This document shows positions 11,304-20,641 of a stretch of DNA of 64,000 nucleotides, one piece after another. The notes under the pieces are model-generated. The model was not told the DNA's origin, made no database searches, and saw nothing but the letters and a program-made list of their open reading frames with translations. Numbering within the stretch: position 1 is the stretch's first letter; each line of letters begins with the position of its first letter. Source of the DNA: Alphaproteobacteria bacterium (GTDB lineage: Bacteria; Pseudomonadota; Alphaproteobacteria; UBA6615). Made by a program: the position numbers and the translations under genes. The DNA lies in the NCBI GenBank assembly GCA_011087645.1, contig JAALLF010000004.1:76987-140986 (forward strand). The letters are read 5' to 3'.

Positions 11304-11831
11304 CTATCCCTCGTTGACCCACATGTTGCGTAAGACAACGTCGTAGACCACGCCGGGGCCAAGTAAGCGCAAGTTCTCTGCCCGCATGCGGTTCTTAATG
11401 TGGGTGACTTCGACATTGCCATTCTCGGCGCCCGGCAGCGGACGGTCGGTCAGCGTACGTAAATAGGCCTCATAGAGGCGCGGCATGGATGCTTTGATCC
11501 GGCGCACATCATCATTCCCCAACTCGACTTCCAGAGACAGTTCAACAACGACGTTTTGCAAAACGCCCTTACCGGTTTCGACTTGAATAAAGATAGGCTC
11601 GAGCTCGATATAAGTGAGCTCGCGCGGCACTTCGATGACCGGTGGTGCATCCTCTTCGGCGACCACCGTGTCGTCGCCGCCCAGAAACACAAAGGCGCCG
11701 CCGGCGGCCCCTCCGATCACCAACACGCCAATCAGGGCAAACAGGATTAGTTTGCGACGGCCCTTTTTCTTCGGTGCCTCGTCGCCCTCATCATCGAGAA
11801 CCCCGTCTATGGAAATGTTTGTACCCGCCAT
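11304..11831 (-). CDS. fliL: Flagellar basal body-associated protein FliL
   Basis: Lys-rich cytoplasmic N-terminus, a single TM (LILFALIGVLVIGG), then a FliL-like periplasmic domain (YIELEPIFIQV...). Overlaps the thiL 3' end by about 40 nt in another frame. Confidence 0.6.
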   Translation of the reverse strand: MAGTNISIDGVLDDEGDEAPKKKGRRKLILFALIGVLVIGGAAGGAFVFLGGDDTVVAEEDAPPVIEVPRELTYIELEPIFIQVETGKGVLQNVVVELSLEVELGNDDVRRIKASMPRLYEAYLRTLTDRPLPGAENGNVEVTHIKNRMRAENLRLLGPGVVYDVVLRNMWVNEG

Positions 11832-12804
11832 CGCCCGCCTCAAGCTGCTTTCCGTTTGAGTCCAGAACGCTGACGGCGCTTGGTTGGACGTCTGGATCGA
11901 TTATTCGACCGATCCGCGTCAAACCGACACCACACTGAGCGGCGAGCACCTGCAACTGTTCGGACACATTGTCAGGAGCGGTAAAGACCAACTCATAGTC
12001 GTCACCGCCGCTAAACAGGCTAAGGCGTAATGGTTGATTGTCGGTTACCAAAAGCTGGGCGGCGGCGGAAACCGGTACCCGGTCAAGCTCGATCTCGGCG
12101 GATACCCGCGAGGCCCGGCAAATATGGTTAAGATCGGCGACCAGTCCATCGGAAACGTCGGCTGCCGCGCTGGCCAATCCAAGCAGCCCAAGACCCACCT
12201 CCACCCTGGGGTTTGGTGTGCGGTACCGGTCGACGAGATAGGCATCGGCGACTTCATCGGAAGTGTTAATCTTTTCCTCGATCAGGGCCAATCCCAGCAT
12301 GGCGTCACCGATTGTCCCCGAAACATAAACACCGTCTCCAATATTAGCGCCAGACCGCAAAATCATCGATTTATCAGATATTTCACCAATCATCGTTAGA
12401 GATAACATCAATTCGCCACGGCTGCGGGTGGTATCGCCGCCGAGCAGCGTAATGCCAAATTTGTCCTGCTCTTCCGCCAGGCCTTGGGCAAAGCCAGCGA
12501 TCCAGGCCGATGTCGTGGCCTCGGGCAACGCCATCGCCAACGTATAGGTGCGCGGCGCGGCCCCTTTAGCGGCGAGGTCCGACAAGTTCACCCGGACCAA
12601 GCGCCGGGCGATCGTTTGCGGATTTTCATCGACGGGAAAATGGACGCCAGCGACAATCGCATCCATGGTGACCACAGCATGCTTTCCGGGATCGATCGCC
12701 AGCGCCGCGGCATCGTCGGTGAGCCCGAACGCGCCCGGTTCGCCCTCAGCAAGCGGGGCGAAGTAGCGTTCAATCATTTCGAATTCATCGAAATCCGATG
12801 ACAT
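11791..12804 (-). CDS. thiL: Thiamine-monophosphate kinase
   Basis: N-terminal EFEMIERYFAPL...DDAAAL...TMDAIVAGVHF, the AIR-synthase-related ThiL signature. Confidence 0.85.
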   Translation of the reverse strand: MSSDFDEFEMIERYFAPLAEGEPGAFGLTDDAAALAIDPGKHAVVTMDAIVAGVHFPVDENPQTIARRLVRVNLSDLAAKGAAPRTYTLAMALPEATTSAWIAGFAQGLAEEQDKFGITLLGGDTTRSRGELMLSLTMIGEISDKSMILRSGANIGDGVYVSGTIGDAMLGLALIEEKINTSDEVADAYLVDRYRTPNPRVEVGLGLLGLASAAADVSDGLVADLNHICRASRVSAEIELDRVPVSAAAQLLVTDNQPLRLSLFSGGDDYELVFTAPDNVSEQLQVLAAQCGVGLTRIGRIIDPDVQPSAVSVLDSNGKQLEAGDGGYKHFHRRGSR

Positions 12805-12814
12805 TTGCGAGGCC

Positions 12815-13321
12815 TTATTGGCGGCTATCTTCCGTGGTCAACTCTTCCGGCCGCAACACACGCGCCAGCTTATCCAGCACCGCATTGACCAGGGCCGGCT
12901 CCTTACCTTCAAAGAACGCATCCGTGACCCGAACATATTCACTGATGACAACGCGCGGCGGAACGGTCGAACGGGAAAACATCTCGTAGGCGCCGCATCG
13001 TAATATGGCCCGTAATAACACTTCCATCCGCTCGACGGGCCAAGACTCATCAAGGCAAGAAGCTACCATTTCATCGATTTTCGTCATGTTTCCGTTGGTG
13101 CCGCCGACCAGCTCGGCAAACAAATCCGCATCTGCCTCCGCCATGGGCCCCTCGCCCTCTTCAGCTTGGCTATCGTTTTCGCTGGCGCCGAACTGGCCGA
13201 TAATGGTTTCCGGCGTCCCGCCCGACATGGCCAATTGGTAAAGAGCCTGGACGGCATTCAGGCGGGCGACACTGCGGGCAACATTATTAGCGACCGCGCC
13301 GTTTTGTGCCGGGTTGCTCAC
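12815..13321 (-). CDS. nusB: Transcription antitermination factor NusB
   Basis: ARLNAVQALYQ and the NusB helical core; conserved nusB-ribH arrangement. Confidence 0.9.
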   Translation of the reverse strand: MSNPAQNGAVANNVARSVARLNAVQALYQLAMSGGTPETIIGQFGASENDSQAEEGEGPMAEADADLFAELVGGTNGNMTKIDEMVASCLDESWPVERMEVLLRAILRCGAYEMFSRSTVPPRVVISEYVRVTDAFFEGKEPALVNAVLDKLARVLRPEELTTEDSRQ

Positions 13322-13782
13322 CGCGGGAACAGTCCAAAACTGCGTTTCAATTCGATCATGCTCAGGCAGACACGGGCCGCCTCGCCGCCCTTGTCACGCC
13401 GGTCGACCCCGGCTCGTTCGTCGGCTTGCTCACGATTTTCAACGGTCAACACGCCGAACCCCAAGGCCAGGCAGTATTTAACCGCAAGGTCTTGCAGGCC
13501 TCGCGCGGTCTCGCCGCAGACATAATCATAATGGGTGGTCTCGCCGCGGATGACACAGCCCAAGGCAATGTAGCCATCGAAGCGACGACGCGCGCCGACG
13601 AACTCCATCGACCGGACGGCGGTTGCGACAGCAGCCGGAATTTCGAAGGCGCCGGGTACTTCGACGGCTTCCCAAGTGGCGCCGGCGTCCTTCAGGGCGC
13701 TGGTTGCACCGCGTACCAGTTCGTCGGCGATCTCATCATAAAATCGCGCGACCGCGATCATCACATGAGGTTGCTCGGCCAT
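13318..13782 (-). CDS. ribH: 6,7-dimethyl-8-ribityllumazine synthase
   Basis: IAVARFYDEIADELVRGA...GAFEIP motifs. Confidence 0.9.
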   Translation of the reverse strand: MAEQPHVMIAVARFYDEIADELVRGATSALKDAGATWEAVEVPGAFEIPAAVATAVRSMEFVGARRRFDGYIALGCVIRGETTHYDYVCGETARGLQDLAVKYCLALGFGVLTVENREQADERAGVDRRDKGGEAARVCLSMIELKRSFGLFPR

Positions 13783-14945
13783 CAGGAATTCCCCCGCTTT
13801 TGCGAATCCGGCACGACGGGCCTGGTTTCAACCACACGCAGGCCAAAGCCTTCCAAGCCCACGATCGAGCGTTGCGAATTGGACAATAGAACGATGTCAC
13901 GCACACCGAGATCGACGAGGATCTGCGCCCCGACGCCGTAATCGCGCAGTTCGTTGACCGGTCGGGTCGGCGCGCTCAGCAACTGTCTCACCCGGTCACT
14001 GGGATCGGTCGGCGAGGTGTCTCGAATGAGGACGATGACGCCACGTCCGGCTTCGCCGACCATCTCCATCGATTTTTGCAGAACGCCGGAATCCTTCGCG
14101 TCTGTGCTGCCCAGGGCGTCGCTGCCCGGGCTAAAGGCGTGCATACGCACGAGCACCGGTTCGTCCGACGCTATGTCACCCTTCACCAAAGCAATATGCT
14201 CGGCGTATTCGACCTTGTTGTAATAGACGTAATATTTGAAAGCGCCGCCATAAATCGAATTGAAATCATGATCCAGCAATCTCTCGACAATGCGGTCGTT
14301 GCGCCGGCGATAGGCGATCAGATCGGCGATGGCGCCGATTTTCAAGCCATGGAATTGCGCGAACTTAATGAGCTCGGGCAACCGCGCCATGGTGCCGTCT
14401 TCGTTCATGATCTCGCAGATCACAGAGGACGGATTAAGACCGGCCAGCCGCGCCAAGTCGACTCCGGCTTCGGTATGGCCGGCGCGCACCAACACACCGC
14501 CATCGCGCGCGGCCAACGGAAAGACATGACCCGGCGTTACAATATCTTCCGCGGTCGAACGAGGATCGATCGCCACGCCGATCGAACGCGCCCGGTCGGG
14601 CGCCGAGATACCGGTTGTGACGCCCTCGCGCGCTTCGATCGACACCGTGAAGGCGGTTTCCAAGCCGCCACGGCGCGATTGGGGCAGTAATGACAGGTCG
14701 AGCTGTTGCACCCGTTCCCGGGTTAACGCCAAGCAAATTAGGCCGCGCCCATGAGTCGCCATAAAGTTCACCGCGTCGGGCGTCGCCATTTGCGCCGGGA
14801 TCACCAAGTCCCCTTCATTCTCGCGGTCTTCATCGTCGATGAGGATATACATCCGCCCATTACGGGCATCGTCGATGATGTCCTCGATCGGCGACAGGAT
14901 GCTTAGGTCTTCTCCGGACCGTTCGCTTTGGTCGTCATCCTTCAA
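13782..14945 (-). CDS. ribBA: Bifunctional 3,4-dihydroxy-2-butanone-4-phosphate synthase / GTP cyclohydrolase II
   Basis: DBPS motifs (DDEDRENEGDLVIPA) and a C-terminal GCHII half; 387 aa. Confidence 0.9.
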   Translation of the reverse strand: MKDDDQSERSGEDLSILSPIEDIIDDARNGRMYILIDDEDRENEGDLVIPAQMATPDAVNFMATHGRGLICLALTRERVQQLDLSLLPQSRRGGLETAFTVSIEAREGVTTGISAPDRARSIGVAIDPRSTAEDIVTPGHVFPLAARDGGVLVRAGHTEAGVDLARLAGLNPSSVICEIMNEDGTMARLPELIKFAQFHGLKIGAIADLIAYRRRNDRIVERLLDHDFNSIYGGAFKYYVYYNKVEYAEHIALVKGDIASDEPVLVRMHAFSPGSDALGSTDAKDSGVLQKSMEMVGEAGRGVIVLIRDTSPTDPSDRVRQLLSAPTRPVNELRDYGVGAQILVDLGVRDIVLLSNSQRSIVGLEGFGLRVVETRPVVPDSQKRGNS

Positions 14946-14948
14946 CGC

Positions 14949-15539
14949 TCAACTCCGTTCCATAAGCCGCGCCACATAACGGGCGACAACATCTATTTCC
15001 AGGTTCACCGCCTGGCCGGGTTGGAAAAACGCAAAACTCGTCTGATCCCAGGTATGGGGAATAATGTTCACCCCGAAGGTGCAATCCTCGACTTCGTTCA
15101 CGGTCAGCGATACGCCGTCGACGGCGACAGAGCCCTTCGACGCGATAAACCGCGCCAGATTTTCCGGCACCTTTATCTCAACACTGTGATTATCGCCTTC
15201 CGGACGAACCGCGTCGAGATGGCCAACCCCATCGACATGACCCAAGACCAGATGGCCGCCAAGTTCATCGGCCGCTGTAAGCGCGCGCTCGAGATTTATC
15301 GGCGTGTCCTTCACCCAGTTTCCCAATGTCGTGCAATCCAAGGTTTCACCGGAAACATCGGCGGCAAACCAGCCATTGCCCTTGTCGACCACTGTTAAAC
15401 AGGCGCCACTGCAGGCGATCGAGGCGCCCAGGGCGATGGTGCCGGTATCGAACTTGGTGCTGATCGACAGCCGAGAGCCAACGGCCTGCTGGACAATCTC
15501 GGCGACCCGGCCGACATCTGTGATTATTCCGGTAAACAT
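14949..15539 (-). CDS. ribE: Riboflavin synthase alpha subunit
   Basis: MFTGIITDVGRV N-terminus and internal duplication typical of riboflavin synthase. Confidence 0.9.
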   Translation of the reverse strand: MFTGIITDVGRVAEIVQQAVGSRLSISTKFDTGTIALGASIACSGACLTVVDKGNGWFAADVSGETLDCTTLGNWVKDTPINLERALTAADELGGHLVLGHVDGVGHLDAVRPEGDNHSVEIKVPENLARFIASKGSVAVDGVSLTVNEVEDCTFGVNIIPHTWDQTSFAFFQPGQAVNLEIDVVARYVARLMERS

Positions 15540-15548
15540 GGCCTGTGG

Positions 15549-16676
15549 TTACGGCAGTCGACGATAAATATCTAGTGTCTCATCGCCAATGATCTCGCGC
15601 GCCATCGGCGCGAAGGCCGGCATGTCCTCGATTTTCTCAACGCCGAGATCGCCAAAGGCCGGCTTGCCGTCGCCGCCGATCAGGCTGGAAGCGCGGAAAC
15701 AGGCGATCCGGTCGACCAGCCCGGCGCGTAACAGAGAAGCACTCAAAACCGCGCCGCCCTCGACCATGACCCGGGTGATACCCCGACTGCCCAGTTCGGC
15801 CAGCGCCAAGGCGGCATCGACATGGCCTGCATTGTCGGCTGATACGCGCACCACATCGACCCCCGCCTCTTCTAATTTCGCCCCCTTTTTGGCGTCGCTG
15901 TCGGCGGAGGTCACAACCCATGTCGGTACGGTGCGCGCCGAGCCAGCGAGTTGAGAATCCGTCCCCAATCGCAAATGACTATCGAGAATCACACGGACAG
16001 GGGATCGATCTTCCAGTCCCGGCAGCCGGCAAGTGAGCTGGGGATCGTCATGGAGCGCGGTGTCGATGCCCACCAGAATAGCGTCGTGCTGCGCCCGCAT
16101 CAGATGGACCCGTTCGCGCGCAGCCGAGCCGGTGATCCATTGCGAGGCACCGGTTCGCGTTGCAATGCGACCATCGGCCGTCATCGCGGTTTTTAAAGTC
16201 ACCAATGGCCGGCCCATCGTTACCCGCTGAATAAAGCCGGCATTCAATTCCGTGGCCTCGGCCTGCAAAACATCTGTCGCCACCTCGACACCGGCGGCTT
16301 TCAGTTTCTCGATGCCGCTGCCGGACACACGCGGGTCCGGATCCAAGCAGCCAATCACAACCCGACCAATGCCGACATTGATGAGAGCCTCCGCGCAGGG
16401 TGGTGTCTGGCCTTGATGGCTGCAGGGTTCAAGCGAGACATAGGCGGTGGCGCCAGCGAGTTCGCCATCGCCATAACGATCGCGCGCCTGATCGATCGCC
16501 ACGGTTTCCGCATGAGGGCGTCCGCCGGGTTGGGTCCAACCGCGCCCGAGTATCCGCGCCGCACCGCCACCCGCCTTTATGATAACGCAACCGACCGCCG
16601 GGTTGGGCCATGACCTACCCAGCCCGCGGCGCGCCAGGCGCAACGCGATCTGCATATAATGCGTGTCGTTGGTCAT
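15549..16676 (-). CDS. ribD: Bifunctional diaminohydroxyphosphoribosylaminopyrimidine deaminase / 5-amino-6-(5-phosphoribosylamino)uracil reductase
   Basis: CMP/dCMP deaminase zinc motif (HAETVAI...PCSHQGQTPPC) followed by a reductase domain. Confidence 0.9.
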   Translation of the reverse strand: MTNDTHYMQIALRLARRGLGRSWPNPAVGCVIIKAGGGAARILGRGWTQPGGRPHAETVAIDQARDRYGDGELAGATAYVSLEPCSHQGQTPPCAEALINVGIGRVVIGCLDPDPRVSGSGIEKLKAAGVEVATDVLQAEATELNAGFIQRVTMGRPLVTLKTAMTADGRIATRTGASQWITGSAARERVHLMRAQHDAILVGIDTALHDDPQLTCRLPGLEDRSPVRVILDSHLRLGTDSQLAGSARTVPTWVVTSADSDAKKGAKLEEAGVDVVRVSADNAGHVDAALALAELGSRGITRVMVEGGAVLSASLLRAGLVDRIACFRASSLIGGDGKPAFGDLGVEKIEDMPAFAPMAREIIGDETLDIYRRLP

Positions 16677-16713
16677 CGTGTTGCCAGGTTATGCCGCGCC
16701 GGTCGCGGCGAGA

Positions 16714-17181
16714 TTAGTCGGCCTCTTCGCTGGCCAGCTGCTCAGCACCAATGAAATCTTCAAAATCCTTGGCTTCGCGGAAATTTTTGTAAACCGAGGC
16801 GAACCGCACATAAGCGACCGGATCCAGGCTTGCCAGCGCGTCCATCACGGCCTCGCCGATTGCGTCGCTAGAGATCTCGGCCTCACCAGACGATTCCAGC
16901 CGCCGCACGATGCCGCTGACGACCCGGTCGATTCTATCAGGGTCGACCGGCCGTTTGCGCAAGGCAATGCGCATCGAGCGCTCGAGCTTGTCGCGATCGA
17001 ATGGCGCGCGTTGGCCGTTGCTTTTAATCACCAGCAGGTCGCGTAGCTGCACCCGCTCGAATGTCGTCCATCGCGCGCCGCAATCGGGACAAGCGCGCCG
17101 GCGGCGGATCGCCGTATTGTCTTCCGTGGGCCGCGAATCCTTCACATGGGTGTCGGAATGACCGCAAAAAGGGCACCGCAT
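16714..17181 (-). CDS. nrdR: Transcriptional repressor NrdR
   Basis: [17 protein letters not shown]...[12 protein letters not shown] zinc ribbon plus ATP-cone. Confidence 0.92.
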   Translation of the reverse strand: MRCPFCGHSDTHVKDSRPTEDNTAIRRRRACPDCGARWTTFERVQLRDLLVIKSNGQRAPFDRDKLERSMRIALRKRPVDPDRIDRVVSGIVRRLESSGEAEISSDAIGEAVMDALASLDPVAYVRFASVYKNFREAKDFEDFIGAEQLASEEAD

Positions 17182-17214
17182 ATCTTCTGTCCTCGTCTCT
17201 TCGCCGTCGCCAGC

Positions 17215-18522
17215 TTAGCTCTGGCCGTATATCGGAAAACGCGCGCACAACGCCGAAACCCGGCCGCGCACCGACTGTTCGATCTGCGCATCGCCATCCG
17301 GGTTGGCCGCCAATCCGTTGAAGACTTCGGCGATTAACTCACCAACCAGCCGGAACTCGCTGGGCCCAAAACCGCGCGTCGTCGCCGCCGGACTGCCGAG
17401 GCGCACGCCCGATGTTACCGTTGGCTTTTCCGGATCGAACGGGATGCCGTTCTTATTACAGGTCAGGCCGGCGCGCTCGAGGGCGACCTCGGCAACATTG
17501 CCGGTCAGTCCCTTTGGTCGCAGATCGACCAATAGCAAATGAGTGTCCGTGCCGCCGGAGACGATATCCAGTCCATGCCCGGATAGAGTATCGGCGAGGA
17601 CCGAGGCATTTTCCGCAACCCGGCGCGCATATTCTTTAAACGCCGGCTGCAAAGCCTCGCCAAAGGCTACCGCCTTCGCAGCGACGATGTGCATCAACGG
17701 CCCACCTTGCAGACCGGGAAACACAGCGGAGTTTATTTTCTTTCCAATATCCGCGTCGCGCGACAGGATCATGCCACCCCGCGGCCCGCGTAGGGTTTTA
17801 TGGGTCGTCGTGGTCACCACGTCGGCATAGGGCAGCGGGCTGGGATGGACTCCGCCGGCGACCAGGCCGGCAAAATGCGCCATATCGACCATCAGCAAGG
17901 CGCCGGTCTCGTCGGCAATCGCGCGGAATCGCTCGAAATCGATAATTCGCGGATAGGCCGACCCGCCAGCGATAATCATTTTCGGCTTGTGTTCGTTCGC
18001 CAGCCGTTCGACCTCGTCGAAATCGATCAGCGCATCGTCGCGACGCACCCCATACTGCACGGCGTTGAACCATTTGCCGGAAAGATTAGGCGGCGCCCCA
18101 TGGGTCAAGTGCCCGCCGGCGGCGAGCGACATGCCGAGGACCGTGTCACCGGGCTGGCACAGCGCTAACATCACTGCTTGGTTCGCCTGGGAGCCGGAGT
18201 GAGGCTGCACGTTGGCGTATTCGCAGTCGAATAAGGCCGTCGCCCGCTCGATCGCCAAACGCTCCGCATCGTCGACATATTCACAACCGCCATAGTATCG
18301 GCGGCCCGGATAGCCTTCAGCGTATTTATTAGTGAGTACCGTTCCAGTCGCCTCCAAAACCGCCTGGGAGACGATATTCTCCGACGCGATTAACTCCACC
18401 TGGTCCTGTTGCCGGTGCAATTCGTTCTTAATGGCGGCGGCAATATCGGGATCGGCGGCGTTAAGGCCGGTTTCAAAAAAATCACTGCCCTGATCGTCGG
18501 CGATCGATGCTTCACTGGTCAT
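17215..18522 (-). CDS. glyA: Serine hydroxymethyltransferase
   Basis: SHMT motifs ([39 protein letters not shown]). ORF track extends to 18648, but the in-frame ATG at 18522 ([10 protein letters not shown]...) gives the standard length. Confidence 0.9.
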   Translation of the reverse strand: MTSEASIADDQGSDFFETGLNAADPDIAAAIKNELHRQQDQVELIASENIVSQAVLEATGTVLTNKYAEGYPGRRYYGGCEYVDDAERLAIERATALFDCEYANVQPHSGSQANQAVMLALCQPGDTVLGMSLAAGGHLTHGAPPNLSGKWFNAVQYGVRRDDALIDFDEVERLANEHKPKMIIAGGSAYPRIIDFERFRAIADETGALLMVDMAHFAGLVAGGVHPSPLPYADVVTTTTHKTLRGPRGGMILSRDADIGKKINSAVFPGLQGGPLMHIVAAKAVAFGEALQPAFKEYARRVAENASVLADTLSGHGLDIVSGGTDTHLLLVDLRPKGLTGNVAEVALERAGLTCNKNGIPFDPEKPTVTSGVRLGSPAATTRGFGPSEFRLVGELIAEVFNGLAANPDGDAQIEQSVRGRVSALCARFPIYGQS

Positions 18523-18550
18523 GCAAAACAGCTTTCCTATTAAAATCCAC

Positions 18551-18988
18551 TCAACCCAATTTAACGACGCGGCGTAAGTGGCGCTCACCACCATCAAACG
18601 GCGTCGACATGAACGCGCGTAAACAGTCTTTCGCGATTTCTGCCCCAACTATGCGCGCGCCAAGCGCAAGGACGTTCGCATCATTATGCTCGCGCGCCAG
18701 GCGTGCCGTCGTGGCGTCCTGGCAAACGGCGGCCCGTATCCCACTTACCCGGTTGGCGGCGATCGATATGCCAATTCCCGTGCCACAAACGAGTACGCCG
18801 CGATCAGCGCGGCCGCCGACCAAGGCATCGGCGACTGCCCGGCCGAAATCAGGATAATCGACCGATTCCAGACTGTCGGTGCCCAGATCGAGGCAATCCA
18901 ACCCCAGCTCCGCCAATTCGGCCTTCAATTCTTCCTTGAGCGCAAACCCCGCATGGTCAGACGCCATCGCAACGGTAATTTTATTCAT
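18551..18988 (-). CDS. rpiB: Ribose-5-phosphate isomerase B
   Basis: RpiB/LacAB fold motifs ([14 protein letters not shown]...[16 protein letters not shown]). Confidence 0.85.
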   Translation of the reverse strand: MNKITVAMASDHAGFALKEELKAELAELGLDCLDLGTDSLESVDYPDFGRAVADALVGGRADRGVLVCGTGIGISIAANRVSGIRAAVCQDATTARLAREHNDANVLALGARIVGAEIAKDCLRAFMSTPFDGGERHLRRVVKLG

Positions 18989-19325
18989 TTAGCACACCCG
19001 CAGCGGCATCTTAACCAAGTCCGAAATCGATCGAACGCTTACCATATCTCGTCTACCACTGCCAACCCGGCACAATCTGTCGTGGTTCATGGTAAATTCG
19101 ATTCTTAAGTCTTTGTTGGGTCGTTAGCGACAGTACGCGAAGGACATAAGTATGAAACGAAATAATTAAAACTGTATCTCTTAACTAAGTTTGAGAAAAA
19201 ATGATCCGAATGGGGTGACTCTCAAGCAAATAATTGCAACATTACTGCAACTTAACTTGGTGGCTCCGATAGAATTGCTATTTAGGGAAAGCAGGTCTGC
19301 GCCACTAGAATTCAAGGGGGAGATT

Positions 19326-19745
19326 ATGACACAGGAAACACCTGAAGTTCGGGAGCATGCCGATGTACTGCAGATGACCACGCAGGTCGTTGCCGCCTAT
19401 GTCAGGCACAACAGCGTTGGTGAAACCCAAATTCCCGACGTCATTAAGTCCGTTTATTCCAGCCTGGCCGGCTTAAACGGTCATTCGGAACTCGCCGCAA
19501 AGGCCAAACAAAAACCTGCGGTCTCGGTCAAGAAATCAATTACGGCGGACTATCTGATCTGCCTCGAAGACGGCAAGAAGCTCAAGATGCTGAAACGCCA
19601 TTTGCGCACGTCCTACGGCCTGACCCCGGAGGAATATCGCGCCAAATGGGGGCTTGGGTCCGACTATCCGATGGTCGCGCCCAATTACGCTAAACAGCGT
19701 TCCGCCTTCGCCAAGAAGATCGGCCTGGGCAAACGCGCGGCTTAA
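19326..19745 (+). CDS. mucR: MucR/Ros-family transcriptional regulator (zinc-finger variant with Asp in place of the second Cys)
   Basis: Start trimmed to MTQETPE (ATG at 19326, preceded by GGGGGAG). N-terminal oligomerisation region resembles Ros. The DNA-binding core ADYLICLEDGKKLKMLKRHLRTSYGLTPEEYRAKWGL aligns to the Ros Cys2His2 finger, but reads CLEDG rather than CLECG. Confidence 0.8.
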   Translation: MTQETPEVREHADVLQMTTQVVAAYVRHNSVGETQIPDVIKSVYSSLAGLNGHSELAAKAKQKPAVSVKKSITADYLICLEDGKKLKMLKRHLRTSYGLTPEEYRAKWGLGSDYPMVAPNYAKQRSAFAKKIGLGKRAA

Positions 19746-19792
19746 TTGAAGTTTGGTTGATGGTTTAGGCCATCGACATCGGCGTTAAATCG

Positions 19793-19827
19793 AAAGGCGG
19801 GCACGCAAATTGTCCGCCTTTCGTTTG
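19793..19827. terminator. Bidirectional rho-independent terminator between mucR and the convergent small ORF
   Basis: AAAGGCGGGCA-cgcaaat-UGUCCGCCUUU hairpin followed by TTTCGTTTG on the plus strand, and flanked by T-rich sequence on the minus strand as well. Confidence 0.6.
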
Positions 19828-19856
19828 CCAGCTTGCTAGTGCCGGGAATGGTCTTG

Positions 19857-20135
19857 TCAGGCGAATAGGCGGTTTGTCTGACTGACCGCGGCAGCCTCGG
19901 AACGCTTTTTCGCGAGTACATAGCGCAGCTTCTGCAACGCGGCGTGCTTTAACGCTTGTTCACCGGCGCTGACCGGCCCGATGATCGTCGCCTCGACCAG
20001 GCTATCGGTGTCGACGGCGCAAACTTTGACCGAATTGCCGACAGCGGAAAATTCGAATAATACTTCGCCTAAATCTTCGGCGCCGCCCCGGTTTTGTGCG
20101 GTTTCCGGCGTATAATTCATCGATCTGCGTTGCAT
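19857..20135 (-). CDS. Hypothetical small protein (about 87-92 aa)
   Basis: ORF ends immediately before a terminator hairpin and has plausible codon usage; no recognisable domain. The start could be the internal MNYTP. Confidence 0.4.
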   Translation of the reverse strand: MQRRSMNYTPETAQNRGGAEDLGEVLFEFSAVGNSVKVCAVDTDSLVEATIIGPVSAGEQALKHAALQKLRYVLAKKRSEAAAVSQTNRLFA

Positions 20136-20204
20136 AGCGTCACGTCCAAACTCTCCATATACTTGGCCGACCTCTCGAAATCACAGCGACCGGGAACCGA
20201 ACCC

Positions 20205-20588
20205 ATGAAAGCCGACAATCACAAATTTATCGTTAAGCGCGCGGATCAGGCTGAATGGACACAAGGTCTGCGATCGGAATTCGAGTATCGCGACCTGGGG
20301 ATCCGCGAAGCCACGAATAACCAATTCGGCGCCCATATCATCCGCATGACCGGCGACGGTCTGGAACACTCGACCGGTAAACACAGCCACATTACCGATT
20401 TTCAAATGTTCTACGTTCTGGGCGGTGAGGCCCGGTTCTATTTCGAGGGAGAAGGCGAAGTCACGGTGCGCAAAGGCGATTGTTACTATCAGCCCGATGG
20501 CTTGGTTCACGATGCGCTGTACATGTCCGACGACTGCGAGCTGCTCGAGGTCACCCTGCCGGCCGACTTTGAGACTAAAGTGTATTGA
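20205..20588 (+). CDS. Cupin-domain protein
   Basis: In-frame ATG at 20205 (MKADNHK); cupin motifs G(X)5HXH...G and a two-His/Glu pattern (GKHSHITDFQMFYVLGGEARF). Confidence 0.7.
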   Translation: MKADNHKFIVKRADQAEWTQGLRSEFEYRDLGIREATNNQFGAHIIRMTGDGLEHSTGKHSHITDFQMFYVLGGEARFYFEGEGEVTVRKGDCYYQPDGLVHDALYMSDDCELLEVTLPADFETKVY

Positions 20589-20641
20589 GTTAAAACCCCG
20601 AAGTTGGTGCGACCCTAGCGTTATTAAATATAGGACCGATA

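Noticed and set aside
17215-18648. N-terminal 42-aa extension of glyA in the ORF track
   Set aside because: The extension ([18 protein letters not shown]...) is not SHMT-like and would overlap rpiB; an in-frame ATG at 18522 gives the canonical N-terminus.
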